This document shows, piece after piece, positions 12,181-25,182 of a stretch of 64,000 nucleotides of DNA. Within the stretch, counting starts at the first letter, position 1. Every line of letters begins with the position of its first letter. Source of the stretch: Octopus vulgaris (lineage: Eukaryota); NCBI GenBank assembly GCA_951406725.2, contig OX597819.1:116746001-116810000 (forward strand), read 5' to 3'. Position numbers and translations under genes: made by a program. The notes under the pieces are model-generated. The model ran no database searches. It was not told the origin of the DNA and saw only the letters and a list, made by a program, of their open reading frames with translations.

Positions 12181-14019
12181 ATATTGAATTATATAGCAAG
12201 TGCGCTAACACTGAGGGACTTAATAATTACGTCAATGCTGTTTCTATGAATAAATGGTTCACAGTTCCTATAGTAGTGTTTACAATAGATGGAAAATTCA
12301 CGCCTGCAGCACATTGTAACAAGTGTTCTAGAAACATGAATATAAAACGTACAATTATAATGACTATCGCATCGCTTAAAGTGTGGATAACACCACGCAC
12401 TTCTAAACAAGGCACATTTCTTAATACGTAACGTGTAAATAATTAACTAGTATGGCTCAAACTTTCGCATAATCATAGGAATACATTTGCATACACGTTC
12501 ACATACAAACATCACGCATAATATTATATCTCATGAATATGCTGGCACGCACACGAAAAACAAAAGCTCTACCTGAAATGATAAGTAAATTTATCTTGTC
12601 AACGATGAATTGCATATAACATTTTCGTTAATCACAAGGATAATTCTGTGTTAGCCTAAGGATATGATAAACGGTTTCTAATCATATTATCCTCTCTGGC
12701 TCATATATTATATGCTCTTGTCTTTATTTTTTTCTATAAAAGAAGCAAAATGAAGCGTAGTATTGTTGTAAACAAATATCTATGTAATTTATATTCAAAA
12801 GAACAGTGAACAGCCTCGGGCAGTTTGAATCTTCTTTTAGGAAGAAGACTCGTACAAAATTATTATTCACAAAAAATACAAATAAACAATTCCACAGGAA
12901 TATTTTATGAATTTGATTCGATATCATCTATCTTATTATGAATGGAGAAACATTATTAATACAACACTGATCCAGAGAAGTGATAATTTATGTAGTCGGC
13001 GCCTATCCTAAGGTATTTCTTGTATGCGAGCTAAATTTTGCCACATAACAGAAATAAAAGAAAACAAAATAGAGTAATTAATTTAAACAAATTTTACAGT
13101 ATTTAATAATTATTTTATGGCGGTGCATCTGCATGGCCGTAGCTCGGAGCTGAAACTACAGAAAAGAAACAAAATGTAAAAGAAAAACTATAGGATGAAA
13201 TATATAACGTGGAGATTTTCATATGCCCAAAATAATGTACTTGTTGATTAGCCTGCAAAAATTGAAATTTAATCGAATTATTCAGAGAAGCAACCTCTTT
13301 TAATTGATTAATCATCGAGAACAATTGATACATTTCGTAAAATTAATGACTTTATTATTTAGCAAAATAGAAAGTTAAGTGCATATTCGCATTGTACGCT
13401 TTTTCTTAAATTTTGCCATGTGATAGATTTTGATCATATATATTATGCTTCTACGTCCTGGCTATATTCACCTTCACAGCAAGGAAATGATATTTTAAAC
13501 ACACGACAGCATAGCCGCTTTTCGCAAGTAATTACATAGAGCGTTCTCAACAATCAAACCACCTTGAAAAGTAAACAATATTCCAATTCATTGTCAAAAA
13601 CTCTGTAATTAAACCACTGCTCTGCAAGGGATATTACTTCTCAGCTTGACTTCTCTATCTCTGCTGTAACAGCCATCAAGTCTTATAATAAAATGCATGC
13701 AACTATCAACAAAGACAAAGAACAAATTAATGCAGGCGCTGGTCATTGAATGGTGAAAAGTGTATTTTTTAATGGTTGAACTAATTTTTTTTTTACATCA
13801 CCTATCACTTAATGCATGCGCATAAGTGCAATTCGTGAAATGGTGGAGCTTATTTACGTGGCATATATATGCACTTTAACTAAAGGTTGTACGGGATTTT
13901 CTTTTTTTGTTTATGGAGAAAACGGAAAAAATAAGAGTGAACATTTATTTAATGAGTGCTGTGTATTAAGCCTATGAAATTGTTCATAAAGTATATAAAG
14001 TGTATATATAAAGTGAATT

Positions 14020-14330
14020 GCGGAGGTGCAATGGCCCAGTGGTTAGGACATCGGACTCGCGGTCGGAGGATCGCGGTTTCGATTCCCAGACTGGACGTTG
14101 TGTGTGTTTATTGAGCGAAAACAACTAAAGCCCCCACGAGGCTCCTGCAGATGTTAGTGGCGAGCCCTGTTGTACTCTTTTGCCCCAGCTTTCTCTCACT
14201 CTTTCTTCCTGTTTCTTGAGTAACGCTGCGATGGACTGGCGTGCCGTCCATCTGGAGGGAACACATACGCCACAGACACCGGGAAACCGGGCCCTTGAGC
14301 CTGGCTAGGTTTGAAAAGGGCGCAAAAATA
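14020..14330 (+). mobile_element. tRNA(Arg-like)-headed SINE, family C
   Basis: A-box TGGCCCAGTGG, GGACTCGCGG anticodon-like arm, B-box GGTTTCGATTCCC; 3' GCGATGGACTGGCG..CCGGGAAACCGG; relatives at 32131 and 38650. Confidence 0.8.
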
Positions 14331-15611
14331 ATTAATAAAGTGCATTAAGTCATCATCGTATTCGTTTCATTCACATTTCAACGAATAGCAGAGGAGCGAC
14401 TATCTTTCCATAAAGACACTCCACAGGCTACGCTTTCAGTTTTTTTTTTTTTTTTTGCAGGAAGTGTTCAGAAATAACCCAATATGATTACCATCAATTC
14501 TGTGAAATATTAACTGGTCCCGCTGGTATGAAATTATATACTTAATCCTTCTTTGCACAAGAGAGCCCTTACGGTCTCTATATAAGCATACTTATACATA
14601 CATAGAAACATATATAGTAATACACCCCCACATATACATACATATATATATATATGTGTGTGTATCCGTACATGTGTATACACAGACATACACACGCACA
14701 TACACCCACACAATTACGTAAATTTAAGTCACAATACACGGATTCAAGTAACCCAGTAATTCTCATAAAAATAGCTCCTTAATGTATAATTGCACAAAAT
14801 ATATAATATATAGTACAATGCAAGAAAAGACGATAAGGCGTGCACAAAGGTCATAAATGACAGAAAATATTTTGGTTAGATTTTATTCAATAAGAAAATT
14901 CAAATCTCACGAGAGAATATTTTGTAAGTTGGCTTAATTTCTCGATTATTTTGAAAACATTTTTGGCATTCCATTATTCCAGGCATGTAAGTAATTTATT
15001 TATTAAATATAATAATATAATTTTAAGCATATTTTAGGTTTTGGAACAATTTGTCATGATTTTCTATCTTTGTTATTGTCAAAAAGAATTACAAACTATT
15101 TCAGTTATTTTGATATTATATATATACACATATATCTGTGTGTATATATATAAATATACTTACTTGGAAGTGGATGCGTGGCGTTCCATCATATAATAAG
15201 AAAATAATAAATAAAACATATCCATATATACATATATGTACGTACCTACATATATATGTATATATATACATGCATATATGGGTACAGGACACCACAAAAA
15301 AAACGTCGAACACAATGAGAAACGAAAACAGAACCATGGAAACGGACAGTTTTTTTCAAACAACGAAAAATCAAGGTACAAGACATACAACACAAGGAAC
15401 ATTCTATTTGACCTGTCGTTTACTGTTTTTACTTGTATTTTAACTGTCTTGTATTATTCTTACTGTTCTGTTCTTGTTACCACTCTTACTCCTCCGCAAA
15501 AAATCTCAAATTTTATTTAATTTGCTTTGCGGGAAGGACCGTTTCACCGAAGTCGTGTCTCGCCTTTACCTTCGTAACACGGATTATGCATATGTGTTAT
15601 TTATTATTTTG

Positions 15612-15674
<63 letters not shown>

Positions 15675-15707
15675 GATATATACATATATACAGTTACATA
15701 CTCATTC

Positions 15708-16610
15708 TGATCAAAAAGTTCCCGGATTAATTATGCTTATTAAAAAAATAGCTTTTTTTACCTAAGTTTTAACATTTCTATTTCGAAATAGTCAACTTGC
15801 GCAGCAATTCACAGGTCCCAGGGTTCTTTCCACTTTTGAACCCGGGCTGGGGGTCGTTTTCCGTTCGCGATTCGAGGATCTCCTGCTATTGGCTCTTGAT
15901 CTCAACAACACTGTTAAAACGGCGAACTTTGATCAGCGTTTTCCTCTTGGGAAAGAGATGGAAATCCGCAAGTGCTAAATCTGCTGAATGGGATGTGAAA
16001 GCATCATTATATTGTTTTGGGCAAGAAACTCACGAATGTGACAGAGTGAATTGTCGTCATTACGTATTCAATTCTTCGTGCTCTGCAGATCCATTCCATT
16101 TCGTCGACAGTCCTCCCTCAAATGCTACAAAACTTCATGAATTATCCTCCGATAATCCTCATCTATAAGCTGATGAATTTCCTCCACAACTCCTGGTGTG
16201 ACGTTCATAGCAGTTCTTCCACATCGCTCATCATCTTCCCAGGATATATACCTATTTCTTTACTACCGACAAAGGGCTAAACACAGAGGGGACAAACAAG
16301 GACTGAAAAACGGATTAAGTCGATTATATCGACCCCAGTGCGTAACTGGTACTTATTTAATCGACCTCGAAAGGATGAAAGGCAAAGTCGACCTCGGAAC
16401 GTAACGGCAGATGAAATACGGCTACGCATTTCGCAAGGCGTGCTAACGTTTCTGCCACCTCGGCGTCCTTCCCAGGACATATACCGCTTTTGAAGCACGC
16501 GTGTGACTCGAAACATTGCGTACGACTCATTGACACGTTGCCGTAAGCTTGCCGAAGCATCCTTAATGTCTCTGTAGCAGACATCCTGAGTTTAACGCAA
16601 CATTTAACTC
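15708..16610 (-). mobile_element. Decayed mariner transposase remnant interrupted by a SINE
   Basis: ATETLRMLRQAYGNVSMSRTQCFE (HTH region); EDDERCGR..VEEIHQLIDED after removing the SINE; C-terminal RRFNSVVEIK and AAQVDYFE; TIR-like GATCAAAAAGTTCCCGGA at 15710. Confidence 0.8.
16251..16468 (-). mobile_element. SINE family A nested in the mariner
   Basis: 18-bp TSD CTTCCCAGGATATATACC / CTTCCCAGGACATATACC. Confidence 0.88.
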
Positions 16611-17036
16611 TTAATGTACCATTGAGCCACTCAGCATGAATAATTCTCTTGAGAGTTAGACAACTTGGTGTTTCGTTGCTAAAATATCTCCTCTATGCAT
16701 CAATCGACTAGGGTTCATAGAAGTAGTTCGCTAACTGAACTGGCTGATACTGGCTATTCACATTTATTTTGTCTCTCCTCCCACTCACTATTTAGTGGTA
16801 TTCGCCATTGATCCATTAAGATCTTTTGCTAAAATATCTTACATCCACCATGCTGCGTCCCATGACGTTATTATATCCTGTCGCGGGTCATTACATTCTA
16901 TTTACACCATAGCTGTGACTCAGACAGAGATTACAACCTGGGAACAATCGGTGGAAAGTCGTGGCTCTACATTGCTTAAAAACATAGAACTCTAGGACCA
17001 GAACCTTTCGACAGGCCGCAGTTTATATTTGTATGT

Positions 17037-17227
17037 ATATATACATATTAGAGGGAAACCACTATGTGGGCACCCTTATGCTAGAAATAGATCCACTATG
17101 GTCTTACCACTAAGAAATGTTCTCAAGAAAATCTTTTCTTGCGAAAATTTCTTAGTAGTAAGACCATAGCGGATCTATTTCTAGCATAATGGTGTCCACA
17201 TAGTGGTTTCCCGCTAATATGTATATA
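17037..17227. repeat. Near-spacerless imperfect palindrome (about 95-bp arms), TA-flanked
   Basis: TATATACATATTAG.GGGAAACCACTATGTGG..TTATGCTAGAAATAGATCC mirrored by GGATCTATTTCTAGCATAA..CCACATAGTGGTTTCCC.CTAATATGTATATA. Confidence 0.9.
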
Positions 17228-17444
17228 ATACAATTTTACTGAGCCTTCAGTTTTTTTTTTATATGCTAGACCACTGGTGTGAAATCGATGTTAATTAAAT
17301 TAATATCCAACATCTCACCCTCATTTTAAATATGTATGTATATATTATGTATGTATGTATGTATGTATGTATGTATGTATGTATGTATGTATGTATGTAT
17401 GTATTTATGTATGAATGTATGTATGTATGTATGTATGTATATGT

Positions 17445-17494
<50 letters not shown>

Positions 17495-18659
17495 TACATT
17501 TACCTATGTATATTTTAAAATGAAATACTGGATTACATTGTTGTCAGGTATGACACTTCATTTCCCTTATTCGTCTTGATATCTTCAATCAGGCATTAAA
17601 TACTAACGGAATCCTTAATCGATGAGGCAGCCTCAAGCACATTTGTTCATACTATATGAATATTCTGCTAAGTGTCACTAAGTTAATATTATGCTGCCTT
17701 AAAACTTACCTTGGCACAAGGTCTAAGCAAAGATTGAAAACATATGAACGTCAATCTGAACTCTGAAATTTATTTGGTGTTAAAGGTCAACTACAATAGC
17801 AAAAACCCAGAACCACATCAAGCAGATGTGAGACAGATACCAGCAGAGGGTACCTAGAATAAAATACCGTCATCACAAACGCAATTAAAACACATTAATT
17901 GCGTTTGTATTGACATTTTTATTGTAGGATACTTTTCACTCTTTATCTCATGATAATGGAGAAAATATCTAGGGGATATACATATATTCATTTGGGAGTT
18001 ATCGAATATAGATATAAAATTCAACACACCTGTAACTATATCCGCAACATATAATCATCGGGGAAACTCAATTAAAATGTGTCATTAACGATAGTGATAG
18101 ATCTAATTAAATTGTGAGATATTGACAGGAAGGCTCAGATAAGATTACAAGCTATACCGCATATTAATTTCAGTAATTATTCCATTTTAGCCCATCAAAA
18201 CTATCAAATTTGGTTAATACCACGATGCATATACAAATATAATATATACATTACGAGAGGGTAAGAGAGAGATAGAGAGAGAGGGGGGGGGGGAAAGGAG
18301 AAAGAGATTTCAAATAATTACACAGCTGCAGCAAAAAAGTTATCAAACTGTCTCAGGAGTTATACACATAGTACAGATTCCAAGCATCACACTGTAATAT
18401 ACCCTGTTATTTCTAGATGGAATACCTTTCGTACCCACTTTATATGCATTATATGTAGACAACGATGGCTGAGATTAGCGAGCTTGGTGGTGTCTTTTAT
18501 CCTGGCGAGTTAGGCGCTGGATCTTTCCTTGGATGTATTTAGAGCTGATGAGAACACTAGTATGGATTTTACTCTAATGTATCTATGTTTGAAAATCTTT
18601 TATTTGTAAGGAAAGGGAATACTAATGATACTCTACAAGAGCGCCGAGACTGGTAGAAG

Positions 18660-19017
18660 ATGAGAGAATTTTCTTCAGACCTACAAACATATTTGATACA
18701 TATATTGCCGGAACATTACAAATGTATTACGAGCTGTTTCGAGAAATGCAGATTACGAGTGTTTCATCGACATCGAAAATGAAAGAATTATCTTCAGACC
18801 TACAATAATATTTGATACATATATAGCAGGAATATTACAAAAGTATTACCAGCTGTTTCGAGAAACGTACATTACCGAGTGTTTCATCGCCATCCAAAAT
18901 GTGATAATTATCTTCAGACCTACAATCATATATGATACATATATAGCCGGAACATTACAGATGTATTACCAGTTGTTTCGAGAAATGCACATTACCGAGT
19001 GTTTCATCGTCATCCAA
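18660..19017. repeat. Tandem repeat, about 120-bp unit, 3 copies
   Basis: TCTTCAGACCTACAA recurs at 18671, 18791 and 18911 with aligned downstream sequence. Confidence 0.9.
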
Positions 19018-19906
19018 TCAGAATGCATTGCATTAGACGCCCTGGTAATTTTAAGTCCAAACAAAGTTGTAAATATTAACTCTCATTAAATTATAAATAT
19101 TTTTTATGGGACTTTCGAGAATGTGATGTAACAGGCTCTGTAGTCACCTACTATTATATGTGTCTCCAACATTCAGTGGTAGATCTCATCTAATGGTCTC
19201 AGAAATCTGAAAGATTACTTAGTCGCGAAATTTGATTACTTCCTTTCGAATACGTTCTAATTGACCGAGGTGATTCTTTAGATTTCATGTAAGATTATCT
19301 TGTTAGCAATTTTGTATGTTAATCCAACACTTAATTGTAAGTTAGCAATTCATTGCGACACTCTCAACTTACACTTATGAATTAACGATTGTCATATATT
19401 ATCTCGATTTATTAATACGTAGGGAAGTATATATATTGGTATAAACATATTTACCCAATGACAAAATGCTGACACGTGAACATTTACAAGTAGTTTTCAC
19501 CAAAATTTTGCCTTTCAATTATTGGCATACTCTATGGGCATTTATGTATTTAAGGGAAAAGGAATGCAATTGAAAACATATCAAATGAAGTAAAGTGTCT
19601 TGTTGACTGACAGTTTTGACATTTTTAAGTTGGTGAAGGAGATCTGTCGTCTGGACTTTGTTTAGAACTCTGGTTAAATGAACATTTATCCTTCTTAAAT
19701 GTCTATCTGTAAGGTTTTGAAAAGGAGAATACTTACCTTCTTCCTGTGATGAAGCCATAAATGATAAAAAAAATACAACAGATTTGTAGCTTTCTCCTGC
19801 TTATCAGTATGGCATGGGATGGCTCAATATACATACATGCCCACACACACACAAACACACACACACACATACACACACATACACAAACACACTCATACTA
19901 TATGTG

Positions 19907-19959
<53 letters not shown>

Positions 19960-19964
<5 letters not shown>

Positions 19965-20030
19965 ATATTAATTAGAGACAAAACCACTATTATGCATAAT
20001 AGTGGTTTTGTCTCTAATTAATATTATATA
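19960..20030. repeat. Short spacerless palindrome in a TA-flanked element whose tail recurs at about 26610-26675
   Basis: TAATTAGAGACAAAACCACTATTATG/CATAATAGTGGTTTTGTCTCTAATTA; tail AAAATTGGATT.AATCCTAAATCT.ATTTT.CCCTGTAA is shared. Confidence 0.85.
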
Positions 20031-20110
20031 GTATTTTACTATAAAATTGGATTCAATCCTAAATCTGATTTTTCCCTGTAAATTTGGATTTATTTCCTAA
20101 TATTTATTAT

Positions 20111-20160
<50 letters not shown>

Positions 20161-20329
20161 TAATAATAAAAAGGCTCTTGGTATAGTCGAGAAGGGTTTT
20201 GGGACGATACTTTTTATTTTAATGGTAACGTTTAGAGTTACTCTAATGAGTTTCGAGCTTTTTGATAGCCGTTTTCATATTCTTTTCTTTATGAACCATT
20301 GCGGTCTAAATGAAGAGTGGACAAAACAA

Positions 20330-21350
20330 GAACAGGCAAGGGGTCGGGGATCAAATGCGAATAACAGCGTGATAACATAGAAATAAAATTACCAAAATAC
20401 AATACGATAATGATAGCAGATGATTAACAATGATGAAGTGAGGGACGTGGTCGACAACATAAACCACATTCCAAAACTGAACCTTTTTTTATGCGCTTGT
20501 GTTCTTGCTCATACAGGCTCACTCACCCTCAGCACAATTTCTAGGGTCTTCCGTCCTTTCCAAAACACACCATGCGAGGGCATCTCTTCTCAAGCTTTTC
20601 AAATGAAAAAGAAAAAGGTTAACCAGCCCATGCATGGAGATGAAAATGCCTGTCTCAATCTCTTTCATTCTAGTCTTCCACACTACATCTATCGCGATAG
20701 CTACTACGGAGCGAAAACAAGCCTGCTCTTCCCTATTAAGGGATGGCAGTGGAAAATCTTAATTATAAATTCGGTCGACAGTTATAATCTTCGCAGATGT
20801 AAAAAGAGTTGTTAAACATAAACCCAAAGGTCTGAAATCTCCGGGCATTAAACAATTGCATGCAGAACAGTTTCACTGTCGTGCCCGCATCTTGGACAAT
20901 TTAGCGTGGACGAAGAATCTTGGCTAAAGTGTTTGTCCCGAACAAGTATTGCACCTCCGTAACACTGCCATGCCAGGGTCTTTGGAAATTGTCCATTGGC
21001 CCTGGTCCGAAATTTCTTCGGTAGAGGCTGATGAGTTGACTGTCATTGAAGCCTAGGGTTTCTCTCAGGGCGTCGTCACTCTGCCAACCCTCTATAGAGG
21101 GACGAAGCGGACCCCCCGCTAGCAGTGTTGCCCGCCTGAAAGAGGAGCACAAGCGCCTCACAATTCTCTGCCTGATTAGCTGCCAACCTCGGTCTACGCA
21201 TAATCCATGTGTCTAGTGCAGTAAAAATGTGAACCGTGGAAACAACAGCCTGCCTAAGCCTCAGCGCATGCATGCGCATTTTTTGGTACACCATCTCTTG
21301 TATACCTTTCAGCGGTTGTTGGCAACAGATAGAACGTCTTACAACAGGTC
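20330..21350 (-). mobile_element. Decayed L1/Tx1-like ORF2 3' region
   Basis: Minus strand CPRCGHDSETVLHAIV*CPEISDLW (zf-RVT-type C-terminal motif) near 20830-20900; GC-richer than flanks; many stops. Confidence 0.6.
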
Positions 21351-22192
21351 CACTTTTAGATAATTCCATTTAATGTGATAGACATTCTCCTTATATTTAC
21401 TCTGAAGAATTGCCCGTCGAAGTTTAATTTATTCTGGTTGAATACACAAAGTCATGACATGAAGTTGGAAAGAAAAGCTGACAGTTAAATAAGAAATATA
21501 ACAATGTGTAAGGACAGCCATCAATTTGACTAACACATATGTAGAAAGTAAACCAAGGATGAATGTTCAGAATAGTCTCAACCAGACGTGTACCTACTTG
21601 TTTCTAGCTGGATATTGAAAAGCCCATCTTGTTTGGTGAATACTACTTTTTTCGAACATTTTCATATATTTCAGGACGCAAGTTTGTATAGTGGTAGACT
21701 GAAGCTGGGTCAGTAATCTATTGCTTTAGGTGATCTGATATCTAAACAAGCAAAAACCTTTTAATTAGATTTTTAAACAAACACAATTGATTACGAAGAC
21801 GATGGAAAATGAATTTATACTTCGATACTGACGCAATCAAGTTGCTTCAAATGTTAACATGTGATGCTATAGTCACTTCTTGGAAAGTCTTCAAAAAAAA
21901 AACAAACAATAAACAGAAAGGGGTGAAATAATGTGACAATGAAATCACACTAGAATGTCACAAGATCTTATATAAATGTAAAGATGATATACAGGAACGT
22001 CTGGTAACGACACCAGCGAATGAAAGATCTTTGTAAAGTATATGCCTGTTTTCCTAATTGTAGACCAATGGATAAATGCATCAACAAATCTTATAATTTT
22101 TCTCATGCTCTGTCTCATTTTCCCTCTCTCTTTCTTTATCTCTTTTTCCCTTTCTGTCTCTGTGTCTCTGTATGCCTCTTTGTCTGTCTCTA

Positions 22193-22239
<47 letters not shown>

Positions 22240-22447
22240 ATATATATATATACATAACATACATATATATTTACATCTATTCTTCGCCTTTGTTTGCATA
22301 ATGACTCTCTCCCTAGATACAACAATATATATGCATACATACATATAAATGCATATATGGTTACAGGACGTCAACTGCATAAACAGCATGAAAGAGAAAA
22401 GATAGAAGAGGGAGAGAAATAAAGCGTCTATGTATACAAATACACAC

Positions 22448-22489
<42 letters not shown>

Positions 22490-23144
22490 TATGCATATGG
22501 AATATATGTTTATCAGTGTACAGTGTAAAATAGTCTTGAAACTAAAAGGTAGCCATTTTCGGAAAAAGCTTTGTATGCTGCAAAAAACCTCTTCTAGATC
22601 GTCGATCATTTGAGACAGGGCAAATATTTAGGAAACAAAATGAGGAAAGTGACAGATGTATTAACTACAGGAAGTTTACTGTAAGTTGTTGTTTCTGACG
22701 CACCTGTTTCAACTGGTTATGGAACTTGCCTATGATGATCGAAACAAATGCGTTGATTAACATTTTAAGAAACATAACTAGCTTCTGGGTGTCATTTTTG
22801 CAGCAATAATTTAGGATTTAGTCTGTTAAGTTGGAAGTTGTTCTGAGAATGTCAAGACAACACACAAACATTTTACAGTAATAACGAAATAAATGAGCAG
22901 GAACATTTCAGATCCCACAATAAGCTTTACAGAAAATAAATTGAATCTCTACGTAGAATTCTCTAAAATTTCTTTCCAACATTGCTTAAAGATATTTCTG
23001 TGTTACAAGGCAATGAACATTTGTCCCTCTTTAAAAAGAGGCCTATTGGTGTGAGAAAATGTAGGGTAATATAATTGACGAGTATCATATCCTTTCTAAA
23101 AATAGAGAACAAAGCGTGGAATTGAGAAAAGGGAGATTAAGGGA

Positions 23145-23310
23145 GTCCATTAAATCGGCCCTAATACGCGGCTGCTACATATTCATCGACCACGAAAGGA
23201 TGTAAGGCAAAATCGATCTTGGCGGAATTTGAACTCAGAGGGTAGCGACGGACGACATGCCACTAAGTATTTCCCCCGGTGTGCTAACGAGTCTGCCAGC
23301 TAGCCGCCTT
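23145..23310 (-). mobile_element. Diverged SINE family A
   Basis: GGCGGAATTTGAACTCAGA and GCTAACGAGTCTGCCAGCT motifs. Confidence 0.7.
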
Positions 23311-25125
23311 ATGTCTGAGTACCATATTAAGGATTTCGCCTGATGCTATTGTCAACAATAAACCTGAAATGCTCTATTGTTGAAAAAAAGGCTCCATTTA
23401 TTTCAGCTACTACATATTATGTTACAATATATATTGATAAATCTTTTCTTCGCTATCATCTACTAAGTATAACATATAGAAATCACTACTCTGCACCCTG
23501 ATTCAGGTGATATAAAACACCAGTAATGCTAGCCAACTTCAAAGATTAATGACTGATTAAATAGGATAAACTGCATCTGTCTGTTCCTACAGTTCCTCTT
23601 CACTGGATTTGTGTCAGATGCCAGGTGACAGTGAAAGTATGCGACGAAAATTGTAACACCCCATAGCAAAGAATGACATGACGCAAACAATGTTTTTAAG
23701 TGTTTCTGTATGACTAGCATATGTCTTCAAGCTATAAATGATTTTCTTTCAGCATATGATCTTAGAACATATCACCTGTCCAACAAGTACATCTCCTATA
23801 TTGTTGTAATTTCCTTCAATGTATTGAACAAATGTGACAAATTTGAAGGAAGAGATCTCCAGTAGAATAATAGTGAAACAAAACTTAGAGAAAATACTTC
23901 AATGCCGATTTACATTCACCAAAAGCACATAGGGAAATAACTGAAACACAAGGAGACGAAAATGGTCGTTGAGATGGAATTGTTATATGAATTGAAAGAC
24001 ACAGACAAAACTTTGGTATTTACTGAATGGTGCATATAATCGCCATTATGAAAATAGGGAAACACCCCGAATTGAGATAATCATTAATGTTTCAAGTATT
24101 CATATATATCTCAATAGTATCCTTACGGGTTCAGTTCCATCATGCACTTAAATTGCAGCAAACATTATATATGTTAATATTCTGGTTCTTTCAGATCGAC
24201 CATCTCGTGAAGGTTTTAAAGCGTTTTAACAGATGTTGCAGTTACGATAATGGACTTCAGATCAATAGTATCTGTTCATGACGTCATTTTAATGTCCTCT
24301 GCTAAAATGGATAGGCTATATTTTACTCAAATTCCGACAAGTATTGCAAGGCAGTAGGATTATCACTGAAATGATGTTCATCTATAAATATAACATTATG
24401 TATTACTTCATTATATATACAAGTTTGTAGTGCCAGCTAAGCGATCGATATATTTAAGAGTTTGCATAGCACTGTGAACTTTACAGCTAAATTATGATTC
24501 TATATAAGTACTAATTCAACATAATATAGCTGTTGCCAGTTTTCCCAAAATATATTTTATACATGCTTTAAATCACTAAGTTTAATCTCTTCTGAGAGAC
24601 GTACGGAAGATGTAGAAGTAAATATGCTTGTTGTTAACATACATACCGCGGGTAGTCTACATTGAGTCGATTATTTATTTGGGGTTCAAAACAGGTGTCT
24701 GTATGTCTGTCTGGGTGCCTGTCTGTCTGGCTATCTATCTATCCATCTCTTCTTATATATATATATATATATATATGTAAGGCAATGCCTAAATAATGCT
24801 CGTTACATATTTCTGTATTGAAGTAAATTTGACTTACTGGTGTTTCCATTCGTCATTATAGGTTGGTTATATTATTGATAATTTTACTGAATCGGCGCGT
24901 TTATACGTTGAGTAAAATTGAACGACTTAGAGAATTAAAGCTACTTTCCTCGGTGTGATTACTGGATCGGAAAGACGTTTGGTGAACTAGAAATAACTCC
25001 ATACCAATAACGAAACTATAACGACTATCGGAAACAGCTGTTACTGAAATTTACTACACTGCATACATACGTAATGACCATTATTTATAGATTGTCTTCT
25101 ATATCACACTGTGTATGTATGTATG

Positions 25126-25182
<57 letters not shown>

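Noticed and set aside
14020-14095. Possible tRNA-Arg gene (also at 32131 and 38870-38943)
   Set aside because: Acceptor stem does not close and the sequence continues into a repeated SINE body
15193-15617. About 35-bp AT-rich inverted repeat enclosing an unclassified repeat
   Set aside because: Low complexity makes chance similarity plausible; no TSD or diagnostic terminus
18660-19017. CRISPR-like array or tandem hammerhead retrozyme
   Set aside because: No unique spacers; minus-strand CTGAAGA and GAAAC motifs are present but stems I and II do not pair
23500-23940. Minus-strand coding exon after a strong acceptor (TTGTGTTTCAG)
   Set aside because: All frames close within about 20 codons and no recognisable domain
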